Assembly (NCBI RefSeq): GCF_006345805.1
Contig: NC_042999.1
Span: 160,828,001-160,892,000 of the forward strand
Source of the DNA: Octopus sinensis
Lineage: Eukaryota
Reading direction: 5' to 3'
DNA: 64,000 nucleotides
The translations under genes were made by a program, and so were the position numbers. Under the pieces are notes generated by a model, which was given only the letters and a program-made list of their open reading frames with translations, did not search any database and was not told the origin of the DNA. Shown in pieces: positions 51,089 to 63,839 of the stretch. Every line of letters starts with the position of its first letter. The stretch's first letter is position 1.

Positions 51089-52455
51089 GTAATTAATAAG
51101 TGTGATTCAATACAATGAACCCATATTTTGAATGCTTAAAATTCTTAAAAAATCGAAACCAAACTTTCACACCACATTCAGTTGGGATACCCTGTATCAC
51201 TTATAGTTATTTTACAAATCATAATATTTATTGCTTATTTACAGTTCATACAGCATTTTCAAGAAACTAATTGAGCCGTCGAATTTAGAAATATTTTACA
51301 GGTTTCATTGTTTATGTTCGATTACTTCTAATATTGATTTTTTGTGTGTCCTAATTCTAATTTTTGCAGCCATTATCACTTTTATACTTTATTTGACACA
51401 TGAGTAGAACTCATGTGTGGAAACCTTGTGACATACTTAGATTCTTGAAGAAAAATCAATAATAGGGTCCCTCCAATGGATCCTTCTATCTACTACATAT
51501 TACTAATATTTTATTCGAACAACCCTAGGGAACTAACCCATATCACCTGCAGTTTTTAGTGAAGTGATCAATATTTAATTCTCAAAATCAGCCAGCCTAA
51601 TTCTGCATTTCCCTACTCAGTTTTGAACTGCTAAACATTATTATTGCACATCCTTGATTTGAATCTTTAACCTTAAAGACTTCATTCAGACATTTCTATA
51701 CATACATACTTTTATTAATACCCATTACTCCGATAATTCTGCATTTTTACTGTTACACTTTTTCCATGACAGTAGATAAATTTTTTATTCCACAACGTAT
51801 TTGTAGTGGCTTCATGCAGGCATAGTGTGGATTTGATCCTTGATTGCCAAATTTCACTTAGCACTTCAACAGTGCTTTTCTCACTGTAAAACAATAGTTT
51901 TTCTGTGAATGACAGCCATTATACATTTCCCTGATGCCTTCACTAAGCAGGATAACATCTTTTTCACTTGACCCTTCTAACCTCTTCTAGGCCACCAGGG
52001 GCTGGAATGGAGATAATAGACCTCCACCAAAATCATTTGTTCTCAACAATATGTCTGTCCTTCTGGTTGCTTTTCGATAGTTATAAAAACAAGAACTCCA
52101 TAAGCTAAAGGCAGTTATTGAGAGCAACCGTCAGTGAGTGTGAATGTTATTATTGAACTTTCTTCATTTCATTCCTAAACATTAAACACTTCATTCATAT
52201 ATTTATATACATATATACTACATTTATATATTACCTTTAATGAATTAGCCTTCATAAAGTTCACCTTTAGTTAGAGTACTTTCTCGCCAACCTCCAACAA
52301 TCTCTCCCTTCCCCAGGTGACAGTTTTTTGTACTTTTTCATGACGAAAAATACACCTTTTGTGGCAGTTATAACGAAATTGCTTTCTTATATCTGAGTAA
52401 TAAGGCATTTCAATAGAACATCTTTACCCCTAGGAATTACCAGGTACACCAGCTA

Positions 52456-52498
<43 letters not shown>

Positions 52499-52591
52499 CA
52501 CAAACATATATATATATATATATCTACATATATATATATTTACATACATACGTATATATGTATACATACATATATATATATATTTACATAC

Positions 52592-55500
52592 ATGCCTCAC
52601 ACTAGGAGGGACAGAGTCATTACTACCAAAATTATACTAATCATACCCAAATGCAGTTTTTCAAAGCAAGACATTTAAAAATGAATTATGTTCTGTATCA
52701 CCGTGATTTCACATACAACTTGCGTCTAATGATCGTCAGCAGAACTGATTCTGAATACATCATAAATAAACTAACCTTACGTAGCGAAGACGAACAGACA
52801 ACTGCTCTCTCCGGCCAAGCACATGGAATGTTTATAAATCATATATCCGGTAAATGGCGGGCTTTTTACGAACTGCATGTCGGGTAATGAAAAGTATTTC
52901 GGAATAAGTTTAACAATTAAGGATAATCTCTTAATAAGGGATCTTAACAAGAAATTATCAGGTAGCTAGCGTGAAAACCTCATAAAAGAAAAGAATCCGA
53001 AAATAATTTTTTTCTTCTGAACAAATTAATTATATCTATATTGTATAGAGGGCATTATTACACATAAATGCCTCACACTAGGAGGGACAGAGTCATTACT
53101 ACCAAAATTATACTAATCATACCCAAATGCAGTTTTTCAAAGCAAGACATTTAAAAATGATTATGTTCTGTATCACCGTGATTTCACATACAACTTGCGT
53201 CTAATGATCGTCAGCAGAACTGATTCTGAATACATCATAAATAAACTAACCTTACGTAGCGAAGACGAACAGACAACTGCTCTCTCCGGCCAAGCACATG
53301 GAATGTTTATAAATCATATATCCGGTAAATGGCGGGCTTTTTACGAACTGCATGTCGGGTAATGAAAAGTATTTCGGAATAAGTTTAACAATTAAGGATA
53401 ATCTCTTAATAAGGGATCTTAACAAGAAATTATCAGGTAGCTAGCGTGAAAACCTCATAAAAGAAAAGAATCCGAAAATAATTTTTTTCTTCTGAACAAA
53501 TTATTATATCTATATTGTATAGAGGGCATTATTACACATAAATGCCTCACACTAGGAGGGACAGAGTCATTACTACCAAAATTATACTAATCATACCCAA
53601 ATGCAGTTTTTCAAAGCAAGACATTTAAAAATGAATTATGTTCTGTATCACCGTGATTTCACATACAACTTGCGTCTAATGATCGTCAGCAGAACTGATT
53701 CTGAATACATCATAAATAAACTAACCTTACGTAGCGAAGACGAACAGACAACTGCTCTCTCCGGCCAAGCACATGGAATGTTTATAAATCATATATCCGG
53801 TAAATGGCGGGCTTTTTACGAACTGCATGTCGGGTAATGAAAAGTATTTCGGAATAAGTTTAACAATTAAGGATAATCTCTTAATAAGGGATCTTAACAA
53901 GAAATTATCAGGTAGCTAGCGTGAAAACCTCATAAAAGAAAAGAATCCGAAAATAATTTTTTTCTTCTGAACAAATTAATTATATCTATATTGTATAGAG
54001 GGCATTATTACACATAAATGCCTCACACTAGGAGGGACAGAGTCATTACTACCAAAATTATACTAATCATACCCAAATGCAGTTTTTCAAAGCAAGACAT
54101 TTAAAAATGAATTATGTTCTGTATCACCGTGATTTCACATACAACTTGCGTCTAATGATCGTCAGCAGAACTGATTCTGAATACATCATAAATAAACTAA
54201 CCTTACGTAGCGAAGACGAACAGACAACTGCTCTCTCCGGCCAAGCACATGGAATGTTTATAAATCATATATCCGGTAAATGGCGGGCTTTTTACGAACT
54301 GCATGTCGGGTAATGAAAAGTATTTCGGAATAAGTTTAACAATTAAGGATAATCTCTTAATAAGGGATCTTAACAAGAAATTATCAGGTAGCTAGCGTGA
54401 AAACCTCATAAAAGAAAAGAATCCGAAAATAATTTTTTTCTTCTGAACAAATTATTATATCTATATTGTATAGAGGGCATTATTACACATAAATGCCTCA
54501 CACTAGGAGGGACAGAGTCATTACTACCAAAATTATACTAATCATACCCAAATGCAGTTTTTCAAAGCAAGACATTTAAAAATGAATTATGTTCTGTATC
54601 ACCGTGATTTCACATACAACTTGCGTCTAATGATCGTCAGCAGAACTGATTCTGAATACATCATAAATAAACTAACCTTACGTAGCGAAGACGAACAGAC
54701 AACTGCTCTCTCCGGCCAAGCACATGGAATGTTTATAAATCATATATCCGGTAAATGGCGGGCTTTTTACGAACTGCATGTCGGGTAATGAAAAGTATTT
54801 CGGAATAAGTTTAACAATTAAGGATAATCTCTTAATAAGGGATCTTAACAAGAAATTATCAGGTAGCTAGCGTGAAAACCTCATAAAAGAAAAGAATCCG
54901 AAAATAATTTTTTTCTTCTGAACAAATTATTATATCTATATTGTATAGAGGGCATTATTACACATAAATGCCTCACACTAGGAGGGACAGAGTCATTACT
55001 ACCAAAATTATACTAATCATACCCAAATGCAGTTTTTCAAAGCAAGACATTTAAAAATGAATTATGTTCTGTATCACCGTGATTTCACATACAACTTGCG
55101 TCTAATGATCGTCAGCAGAACTGATTCTGAATACATCATAAATAAACTAACCTTACGTAGCGAAGACGAACAGACAACTGCTCTCTCCGCCAAGCACATG
55201 GAATGTTTATAAATCATATATCCGGTAAATGGCGGGCTTTTTACGAACTGCATGTCGGGTAATGAAAAGTATTTCGGAATAAGTTTAACAATTAAGGATA
55301 ATCTCTTAATAAGGGATCTTAACAAGAAATTATCAGGTAGCTAGAGTGAAAACCTCATAAAAGAAAAGAATCCGAAAATAATTTTTTTCTTCTGAACAAA
55401 TTAATTATATCTATATTGTATAGAGGGCATTATTACACATAAATGCCTCACACTAGGAGGGACAGAGTCATTACTACCAAAATTATACTAATCATACCCA

Positions 55501-55827
55501 AATGCAGTTTTTCAAAGCAAGACATTTAAAAATGAATTATGTTCTGTATCACCGTGATTTCACATACAACTTGCGTCTAATGATCGTCAGCAGAACTGAT
55601 TCTGAATACATCATAAATAAACTAACCTTACGTAGCGAAGACGACAGACAACTGCTCTCTCCGGCCAAGCACATGGAATGTTTATAAATCATATATCCGG
55701 TAAATGGCGGGCTTTTTACGAACTGCATGTCGGGTAATGAAAAGTATTTCGGAATAAGTTTAACAATTAAGGATAATCTCTTAATAAGGGATCTTAACAA
55801 GAAATTATCAGGTAGCTAGCGTGAAAA
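52592..55827 (-). repeat. ~475-bp tandem array (~6.8 units), each with a minus-strand hammerhead ribozyme; candidate non-LTR retrozyme
   Basis: Period 475-476 bp; units differ mostly by single-base indels; hammerheads at 52690-52745, 53165-53220, 53640-53695, 54116-54171, 54591-54646, 55066-55121, 55541-55596. Confidence 0.9.
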
Positions 55828-56018
55828 GATTAAGAGATTATCCTTAATTGTTAAACTTATTCCGAAATACTTTTCATTACCCGACATGCAGTTCGTAAAA
55901 AGCCCGCCATTTACCGGATATATGATTTATAAACATTCCATGTGCTTGGCCGGAGAGAGCAGTTGTCTGTTCGTCTTCGCTACGTAAGGTTAGTTTATTT
56001 ATGATGTATTCAGAATCA

Positions 56019-56074
56019 GTTCTGCTGACGATCATTAGACGCAAGTTGTATGTGAAATCACGGTGATACAGAAC
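56019..56074 (+). ncRNA. Type I hammerhead ribozyme
   Basis: GTTCTG-CTGACGA-tcattagac gcaa gttgtatgt-GAAA-TCA cgg TGA-TA-CAGAAC; stem I GTTCTG/CAGAAC, core CUGACGA and GAAA, stem III ATCA/TGAT, AUA triplet with predicted cut after 56068. Confidence 0.8.
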
Positions 56075-56494
56075 ATAATTCATTTTTAAATGTCTTGCTT
56101 TGAAAAACTGCATTTGGGTATGATTAGTATAATTTTGGTAGTAATGACTCTGTCCCTCCTAGTGTGAGGCATTTATGTGTAATAATGCCCTCTATACAAT
56201 ATAGATATAATTAATTTGTTCAGAAGAAAAAAATTATTTTCGGATTCTTTTCTTTTATGAGGTTTTCACGCTAGCTACCTGATAATTTCTTGTTAAGATC
56301 CCTTATTAAGAGATTATCCTTAATTGTTAAACTTATTCCGAAATACTTTTCATTACCCGACATGCAGTTCGTAAAAAGCCCGCCATTTACCGGATATATG
56401 ATTTATAAACATTCCATGTGCTTGGCCGGAGAGAGCAGTTGTCTGTTCGTCTTCGCTACGTAAGGTTAGTTTATTTATGATGTATTCAGAATCA

Positions 56495-56550
56495 GTTCTG
56501 CTGACGATCATTAGACGCAAGTTGTATGTGAAATCACGGTGATACAGAAC
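56495..56550 (+). ncRNA. Type I hammerhead ribozyme (second sense-strand copy)
   Basis: Identical to 56019-56074, 476 bp downstream. Confidence 0.8.
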
Positions 56551-57427
56551 ATAATTCATTTTTAAATGTCTTGCTTTGAAAAACTGCATTTGGGTATGAT
56601 TAGTATAATTTTGGTAGTAATGACTCTGTCCCTCCTAGTGTGAGGCATTTATGTGTAATAATGCCCTCTATACAATATAGATATAATTAATTTGTTCAGA
56701 AGAAAAAAATTATTTTCGGATTCTTTTCTTTTATGAGGTTTTCACGCTAGCTACCTGATAATTTCTTGTTAAGATCCCTTATTAAGAGATTATCCTTAAT
56801 TGTTAAACTTATATTTACATACATATACTCTTTTACTCTTTATTCTTTTACTTGTTTCAGTCATTTGACTGCGATAAAATGTTACCAATTTGAATATAGA
56901 ATTTAACAGAATATGCATGAAATTGAGTTTATAATACTGAATTTTGACATGCAGTAGTGTAACTAGAATTTAAACCACCAGAGGTAGACCTCCACCTCTA
57001 TTCACCTTCTTTTAGTCATATTAGTAAAGATACAGATAATAGCACAATATGATACTCATGTCTTAACTAAACTGAAATGGCTTTAATTAGAAATAACTCT
57101 CGAGCTCTTCATACCAAATGCAAGTCTCTTTCTGTCATACATTTTAGCAACTTTCGTTAGTACTGTATTTTCTGGCATACAAGTCAACGCAGTATGGAGT
57201 GTAATCATTCAAACACCATCATTATCTTTCCAAATCTTGCTGTGTTTCACATAGTCTTTATGGTTCTCCAAAGTTGTCTTGGTGTCAAAGTCCACCTGCC
57301 TATTTTAGCTGCAAATTACGTCCAACTTGTATGTTGGAAAATACGGTTTTCAATATCATTTTATTACGTAATTATAAATTTTTCATTTTATTGAAGAATA
57401 CATTTGAATCTTCATTACATATTTCAG

Positions 57428-57570
57428 GTGTTCTAACAGATTTAACTGGGACCTATAACTTGGCCATGTACATATTTGGAGGTGTTAGTATATTTTTTAA
57501 TATTTTGTTACTAATACTTTTAGTAAATCAGTATCTCAAAGATAACGAAATAAACTTGAAACTGTTTTAA
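57428..57570 (+). CDS. SLC16/MCT-like transporter, last coding exon (TM12)
   Basis: atttcag| (phase 1); GVLTDLTGTYNLAMYIFGG matches the MCT GxLxDxTGxY motif; TAA at 57568-57570. Confidence 0.9.
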
Positions 57571-58038
57571 ATGTGTTTTTGTATATTTTTAAAAAATTCA
57601 AGTTTTTGTATATTTAAAAAAAATTCAAGCATGGCCAAATTATTTAGAACTTCATTTTGCAAATATGAGATCCTGTATATGATTCCAAAGTATAAAATCT
57701 TGGGCAAGTGTCTTTTACCATAGTAAAAGTTTTATGAGGTGAAATTTTTGTAGACCAAAACTGTTTGAAAGCCTGTGTAATATACTTTACCTGTAATTCA
57801 AAGAGCCAACTTTATCATACAGTTTCACACTAATTTTGCCTGAAAATTGTATTTAGAGTATACATACCTGTGGAATATTCGCATGCTAATTCCATGATTA
57901 GGCCGTTCCATTGATTGAACAATTGGAACTTTCAGCTCTGAAAATAATGGAGATCCACTGACATTTTTACAATTTCTATTTTTACACAATATTTTAAAAA
58001 TCGTATATTATATTTTTATATTTATTTTGTTTTTAAAT

Positions 58039-58044
58039 AATAAA
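58039..58044 (+). promoter_or_regulatory. Candidate polyadenylation signal
   Basis: AATAAA ~470 nt after the stop, followed by a GT/T-rich tract (ttttgtttgtttgttg). Confidence 0.5.
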
Positions 58045-58309
58045 ACAATTTCCATTATTGCATTTTGTTTGTTTGTTGACTTGTTGAGATATAGTCATAT
58101 GCATGAAGAATTTTTCACTCTTAACCATAAACCAGTTCTTTGAAACAAAATCCCCCATGGATCTGGTTTGAGTTGCACAGATGCTTCTTTGCCACACTCA
58201 CACAGCTTGTGGTTGGCACACGAGAAGCTTACACCAATGAAGTTGTTGTTCATAAAAAATAAAGACATGTTGAAGCTAACTTCTGTTTTACAATTCTTAC
58301 CACCTGATG

Positions 58310-58458
58310 TCATCATCATCATCATCATCGTTTAGCATCCACTTTCCATGCTAGCATGGGTTGGACGGTTCAACTGGGGTCTGTGAAGCCAGAAGGCTGC
58401 ATCAGGCCCAGTCTGATCTGGCAGTGTTTCTACGGCTGGGTGCCTTTCCTATCGCCAA
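58310..58458 (-). mobile_element. RTE LINE 3'-end fragment
   Basis: (CAT)n followed by the reverse complement of the RTE 3' UTR. Confidence 0.8.
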
Positions 58459-60505
58459 AATATAATGTTTTTATTTTTAACCCAAAACCGTAGGTAAATG
58501 AAGCTAAAAATATTGTGAAAAGATACAAAGACCCTTTCTCTCCTAACCCTGTTAGTCTCTACCCCACCACGTTTTCTCAACAATAAACCTGTGTAACTCC
58601 AACGAGAACTGTCTTAAATCCTGATAAACAGTCTAACCTTTGCTGGTATGGCAGATTGATTGATCTCTCCTATCACTGGGTCCACCTATTCAACCCATAC
58701 CATTACCACTCTCCTTCATACTAATCCCTCACATTACTTCTCCTCTCTCCTCTGTAACCATTACTCCCCCACCCAACACTGTTCCCTCTGTTATTCTCTC
58801 CACTACCATCATCTCGCAACAAATATGTTTCATCCATCATGGAAGCTGTTTTTTTGCCTTGCAAGTTACAAGATGACCCCCCCCTCTCAGTGTTGGTGTC
58901 ACAAAAAGTATCTTGTACACTGTGTGATTAGTAATTGATTTGAGTAATGACAATGCAAGGTTTGAGCGGAAGGCTCTTTAGTCATGCTGATGGCAAAACA
59001 ACCTCTACAGTGCTGGTGCCATGAAAAAATACATCCTGTATACTCTGTAAAGTAGTTGGTGTTATGGAAGGTATCTAACCATTGAGACCATGCCAAAAAT
59101 ATGCCATTGGAGCAAGACATGGTCTTCTGGTCTGTTGAACAGTCCTCCCTATGGCAGCTTGGAAGGTGGATATAAAATGATGGTAATCATAATATAAAAA
59201 TATGCATGATAAAAGATGAAAATAATCAGAAAAGAAAGAAGTTTAAACAAAATTTGTTTTTTATTGAAATATTCAGTTTGATTCTGTGATATAAATCTTT
59301 TTTTTTTGAGACAAAATATTAAAACTATAATACATAATAAAAATAGTTTTTTTTTCTGATATTGAGTCATTAGAGTTTGTTAAAATTGTTTCATATATTT
59401 AAATTCTAGCCCAAAAATTTATAATAGATATCAATCTTGAATCCTACTACTTACTACATGTCTCAAAATATGACTGGTACTAAATTATGAAAACATAACA
59501 CGAAAATTAGCAACAAAAGTATTTTTGGTACTTAATAATAATAAAATAATTGATATAATACAAAAAGAAAAAAAAAAAAAAATTTATGTTGACACAAGGT
59601 AGGTTTCTTTTTTCTTTGATAGAGGAGACTGCATAATCTACTGAACCCCCCCACCACCACCATACAGCTACTGCTTATTTTATCAATTTCTGGAAGGATG
59701 AAAGGCAAGTTTAGCATTTGTGGGATTAGATCTTGTAACTAAATATCATAATGTATATAGCCTTGTGCACTACTCCCCTGACCATCACCACTGCCTTTAG
59801 AATATTGATTTCTATTTTTGGCACAAAGTCAACAGTTTCATGGAAGCAGATAATCGACTAGTACTTATTTTATCAACCCTGAGAGGATGAAAGGCAAAGG
59901 TGACCTGTGAACTCAGAAGTCAGACGAAGTGCTGCTAAGCATTTTGCCTGGCATGCTAACGATTCTGCTATTTCACTACCTTTAGAACATTAAAAACAAT
60001 TTTTTAAAATATACAAATAAAAAGATATAACTAAAAAGCTAATAAAAAAAAATCCTCGCTACAGTTTTGACAAATTATATGCAAAGAAAGATATATAAAT
60101 TTTATTCAAAAGAATCTTAAAAAAGTGAAAAATTGAAAAAAAAAACCTTAGTTTTTATCTTGTTTGGTTTTATTTTTGTATCTTTTTTTAATGGATACCT
60201 TATTTAAATTGGTAAAGTTCTAGCTAAGCTGAAGCTGGTGTTGGTTTTGCTGGATCTCATTAATAAAATGCTAAGAAATAATCTTTTATATTTAAAGCTT
60301 GGTTTCATTAAACAAAGTATCTTTGTTACAATACAAACAAATTAGTAAGAGTAGATGATGTAGCAGTGTGGTGATGATGCTAATAATTATTATTCTACAA
60401 TGTAATTTACATTAAATTAATTGCAATTAATCATTAAACACAGGTAGAGGGTGGGAGAATATATTCATAAATAATTTTGCTGTACATTTTAAAAATATAC
60501 ATGTA

Positions 60506-60902
60506 CTAGCAGTATCGCCCGGCGTTGCTCGGGTTTGTAAGGGAAATAACTATATAAGCATTTTTAGAGATGTAAAGTATAATAGCCATCTCAATATGGC
60601 TAACCACAAAGGGGGGGGGGGTACTGTAGCTTTTTATGTTCTGAGATTTAATAATACATTTTTAGAGAGTTACTTCCCTTATATAATAGCAAAAAAAATG
60701 CATTAAAAATGGGAAAAATTGATGGTAAATTTTTTTTTAAATCGTAGACTCATCGTAGACGCGCGCTGATACCCAGAAGGGCTCGATATGAATCACGACT
60801 ATAAGATACCCGCTTTTGGTTACACTGCACTGCAAAATGTGGGAGTAGTTAGGAATCTAAATCGTAGGAGACAGACACACAACTTCACTTTTATATATAA
60901 AG
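60506..60902 (-). mobile_element. Non-autonomous Helitron-like element
   Basis: Reverse complement of the 8276-8672 family (A|CTAGcagtatcgcccggcgttgctcggg...). Confidence 0.85.
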
Positions 60903-62668
60903 CTATCACACATTTCATGGATGCAATTCAGTAAAGCGGTGTCACATAATTCATCCAAGTAATACAATTTTTGAAAAGTTGTTGGTAATAACATTATTAA
61001 ATTCTGGGAAAACAGCAAAAGCCAACTCAGAACACTACCAATTTTCCAATTTTACTAATGTAAACATTCCTCTGTTTCAAAGAACATTGTGATCTATGGG
61101 CTAGAACTAAAATATGTGAGAAATAAACAAATTTGGCTCATGATGGTTTAACCATGGGTAGGGTCCTTTTTTCTTCTGCCTGAAATGTTAGAACAGACCT
61201 CTTTACAGAGCAAACTATTTTCTTTCTAAAGTAATTAGTTAATTACAATTATTAATTACACAACTATTTTTAGGGATCAAATTTGTGAAGAACAGTGTAT
61301 TGAAGAATTCTAAATAATTGATACTATATATATATTTATGTAAGAGAATAATTTCAGGAATAAGTTGCCTCAAGCAAGTCTGAAGGATTGTATTCTCTTG
61401 CTCTCTGAGTTGTGGCTTTGTTTATTGTCTAGCTCCAGGTCATCCATGACCAAGCAGATCTACAATTAGAGGAATCCCAACTATGACTGTCACGCCTTTT
61501 TTCTGGAGAAACTGTATCTAGAACTACATTATTCAATGTGTTTTTTTTAATGCATTTTATGATTGTAGGGTGTGATTTGAGAAAGATTAAGCTACAATTT
61601 CTAGCAAATCAAAAGATCAGTAGAGGATCCCTGATTAGATTGTCTAACACTTTACGTTATGTAATTAGTTAAGTCATATACTTCTAATTGTCTAGAAGCC
61701 ATACTACTGCTAAATGTATTACTGTGATTACATTTAAATCATTCTAACAAGGCCAATAATAGCTTCTGGCACTTGGCTAACTAAAGAGTTTCAAAGCATC
61801 ATAAAATAATGGATTGCAAAGTTAAAAGATCATGATGCTATTTAATGTTTTATGAAGACAACAATTTGACTTAGCTGTAGATGGAAGGATTAAATAATTT
61901 ATAAGACTGTAGAACAATTTATCACAATAGTATTACAAATCTAGATAAATAATAGTCAAATAAATCATGGATTCCTAATGGTCTAAACAATTTACAGAAG
62001 CTATACTTCTGCAAAACAAAGAATCACAAAAGTAATAATAAAGTCCATTGAATCATTGATTGTTTAAGAGAACACAGAAACAAAGATAAATATAGAAGAA
62101 AGAAATAAGAATTGCTAAAGATGTAATTGTTTAATAGTTTTTGAATCTTTTATGTAACCAAAATTTTAACTGTAAATAATTCAAGCAATTAACAAAACAA
62201 AGCTTGTTAAAAGTCAAAGGATGAAGCAACTGATCACTGATGATATTTGGATAAATTCTTCAGTTATGAGGTATGAAAATTTTTGGTGTTTCTCAAAAGA
62301 AACTACAGATTGTTTTAAATATGTTCATTCTAAATTTCTTTTAAAATATGTGGTTCCATCATATAAAAAAATAAGTGGAAAAGGAGGGAAGATTTTAAAA
62401 GATTTTGAACATAAAATTCCTAAAAATTCTTTGGTAATTGAAACTGGTAATTTACAAGTCCTTACAAAGAGAAGGATCATGTGAACGTCCTGAACGTAAT
62501 TCACACAACAAATCATGGCGACAGCTGCCAGAACATTCTCCATTATTTACTGACTTGAACTTGTACCTGGAAAACAAAAATCAAATTAAAATCAGATCAT
62601 TTCGAAAAGAGGCTCATGTATAAAAATCTTTGTACAAAAAAGATTGTTTGGTATTGCACATTATTTAA

Positions 62669-63766
62669 CCCTTTCATTACCAAACCGCCCAAAAAAGATT
62701 TTGGTTAATGTGACCAAACCCGCCCAAATTTACCTATTCATATTTAAATGAGAATATCAGAGCAAATCTCTTTAGTACATTCGTGAAAACACGTGATTAT
62801 GCTTCGTAAACAGTTAATCTACAGTTTTGTACAACGATCGACGAGTAATTTTAATTCCCTGAATTTTGGGAGATTTTTTTCCACATTTTTTTCAGCATCG
62901 ATTTTTCTTCAACTTTGAAAATGGATAGGAGTTTCATGTTATCAAGCATTGATTCCGAATTGGAAAATTTGTGAAACAAATACTGGGTACTGTTGTGGAT
63001 TTAGTTTTTATACAGGGAAACTAATGTTAGTCAGCATGGCTTAGGGTATGATGTGGTCTGGAAGTTATTGTTTGAAGCGATCAATGCGGAAACAAACTTA
63101 CGCAGAATGTAAACAAACACAAAATGGGGGTTCAAATTTCGGAAAATTTGTGAAGCAAATACTGGGTACTGCGTGGATTTAGTTTTTATACAGGGAAAAT
63201 AATGTTAGTCAGCATGGCCTAGGGAACGATGTGGTCTGGACTTTATCACTTCCATACCATAACCAGGGCCGTATATTATTTTTTGACCGATTTCTTTAGT
63301 TCGGTCAAACTTACGGTGGATTCCAGTATTTCACTTTATTCCACCTTTATGGTACACCTGTTGTGCATTAAATTCAACTGATGATATAGTGATGTGCACA
63401 ATTCTTCTTTATCAAGATTTTGTTGCATACCCATTTGAATATTAGCTGATGATTCATTTTCTATGGTGATGTTTAAACAAAATTTTAATATTTTTACCTT
63501 TTGCTCAATTTAAAATTTTAATATTTTTACCTTTTGCTCAATTTACCTGGATTTACCTGTAATTAAAGTCACTTTGAGACAAAAGTTATGCAATAGAATT
63601 GATTAAGAACCCTGTCTTTAATTATGTTCCAAATATCACATTAATATGTTGATAAGTAAAAAAGTTACAGTTATTTAATGAAACAAGCCTAGATTCATGA
63701 TTATTTTAGAATTTAATTGAAACTCATGAGGGGTGTATTTTGATCAGAAATATAGTAACGAAAGGG
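62669..63766. mobile_element. Non-autonomous piggyBac-type element
   Basis: TTAA|ccctttcattac ... gtaacgaaaggg|TTAA; same TIR as 19446-19666; internal ~100-bp direct repeat (~62960-63062, ~63140-63240). Confidence 0.85.
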
Positions 63767-63839
63767 TTAAGGGTGAACATAGTTTAATCATTAAAGTACA
63801 TTTAATGTACAGCTCATGAATTTTAACTAGCTAATTTAA

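Larger units (their letters stand above)
55829..56812 (+). repeat. Inverted continuation of the 475-bp array (~2 units)
   Basis: Reverse complement of the preceding units, starting attaagagattatcc. Confidence 0.9.

Noticed and set aside
50452-51092. YI/HT/CV-rich ORFs (also 1494-1986, 5324-5721)
   Set aside because: Translations of TA/CA microsatellites.
51100-52456. Possible Helitron ending ccaggtacaccagCTAG|T before the array
   Set aside because: 3' end is suggestive but no 5' end or second copy was found.
52592-55827. Array as CRISPR, 5S rDNA or snRNA cluster
   Set aside because: No unique spacers and no recognisable 5S, tRNA or snRNA sequence in the unit.
52651-56589. Repeated 78-aa ORF MQFFKARHLK...
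   Set aside because: No recognisable domain, frameshifted in several units, and antisense to the hammerhead; a by-product of the repeat.
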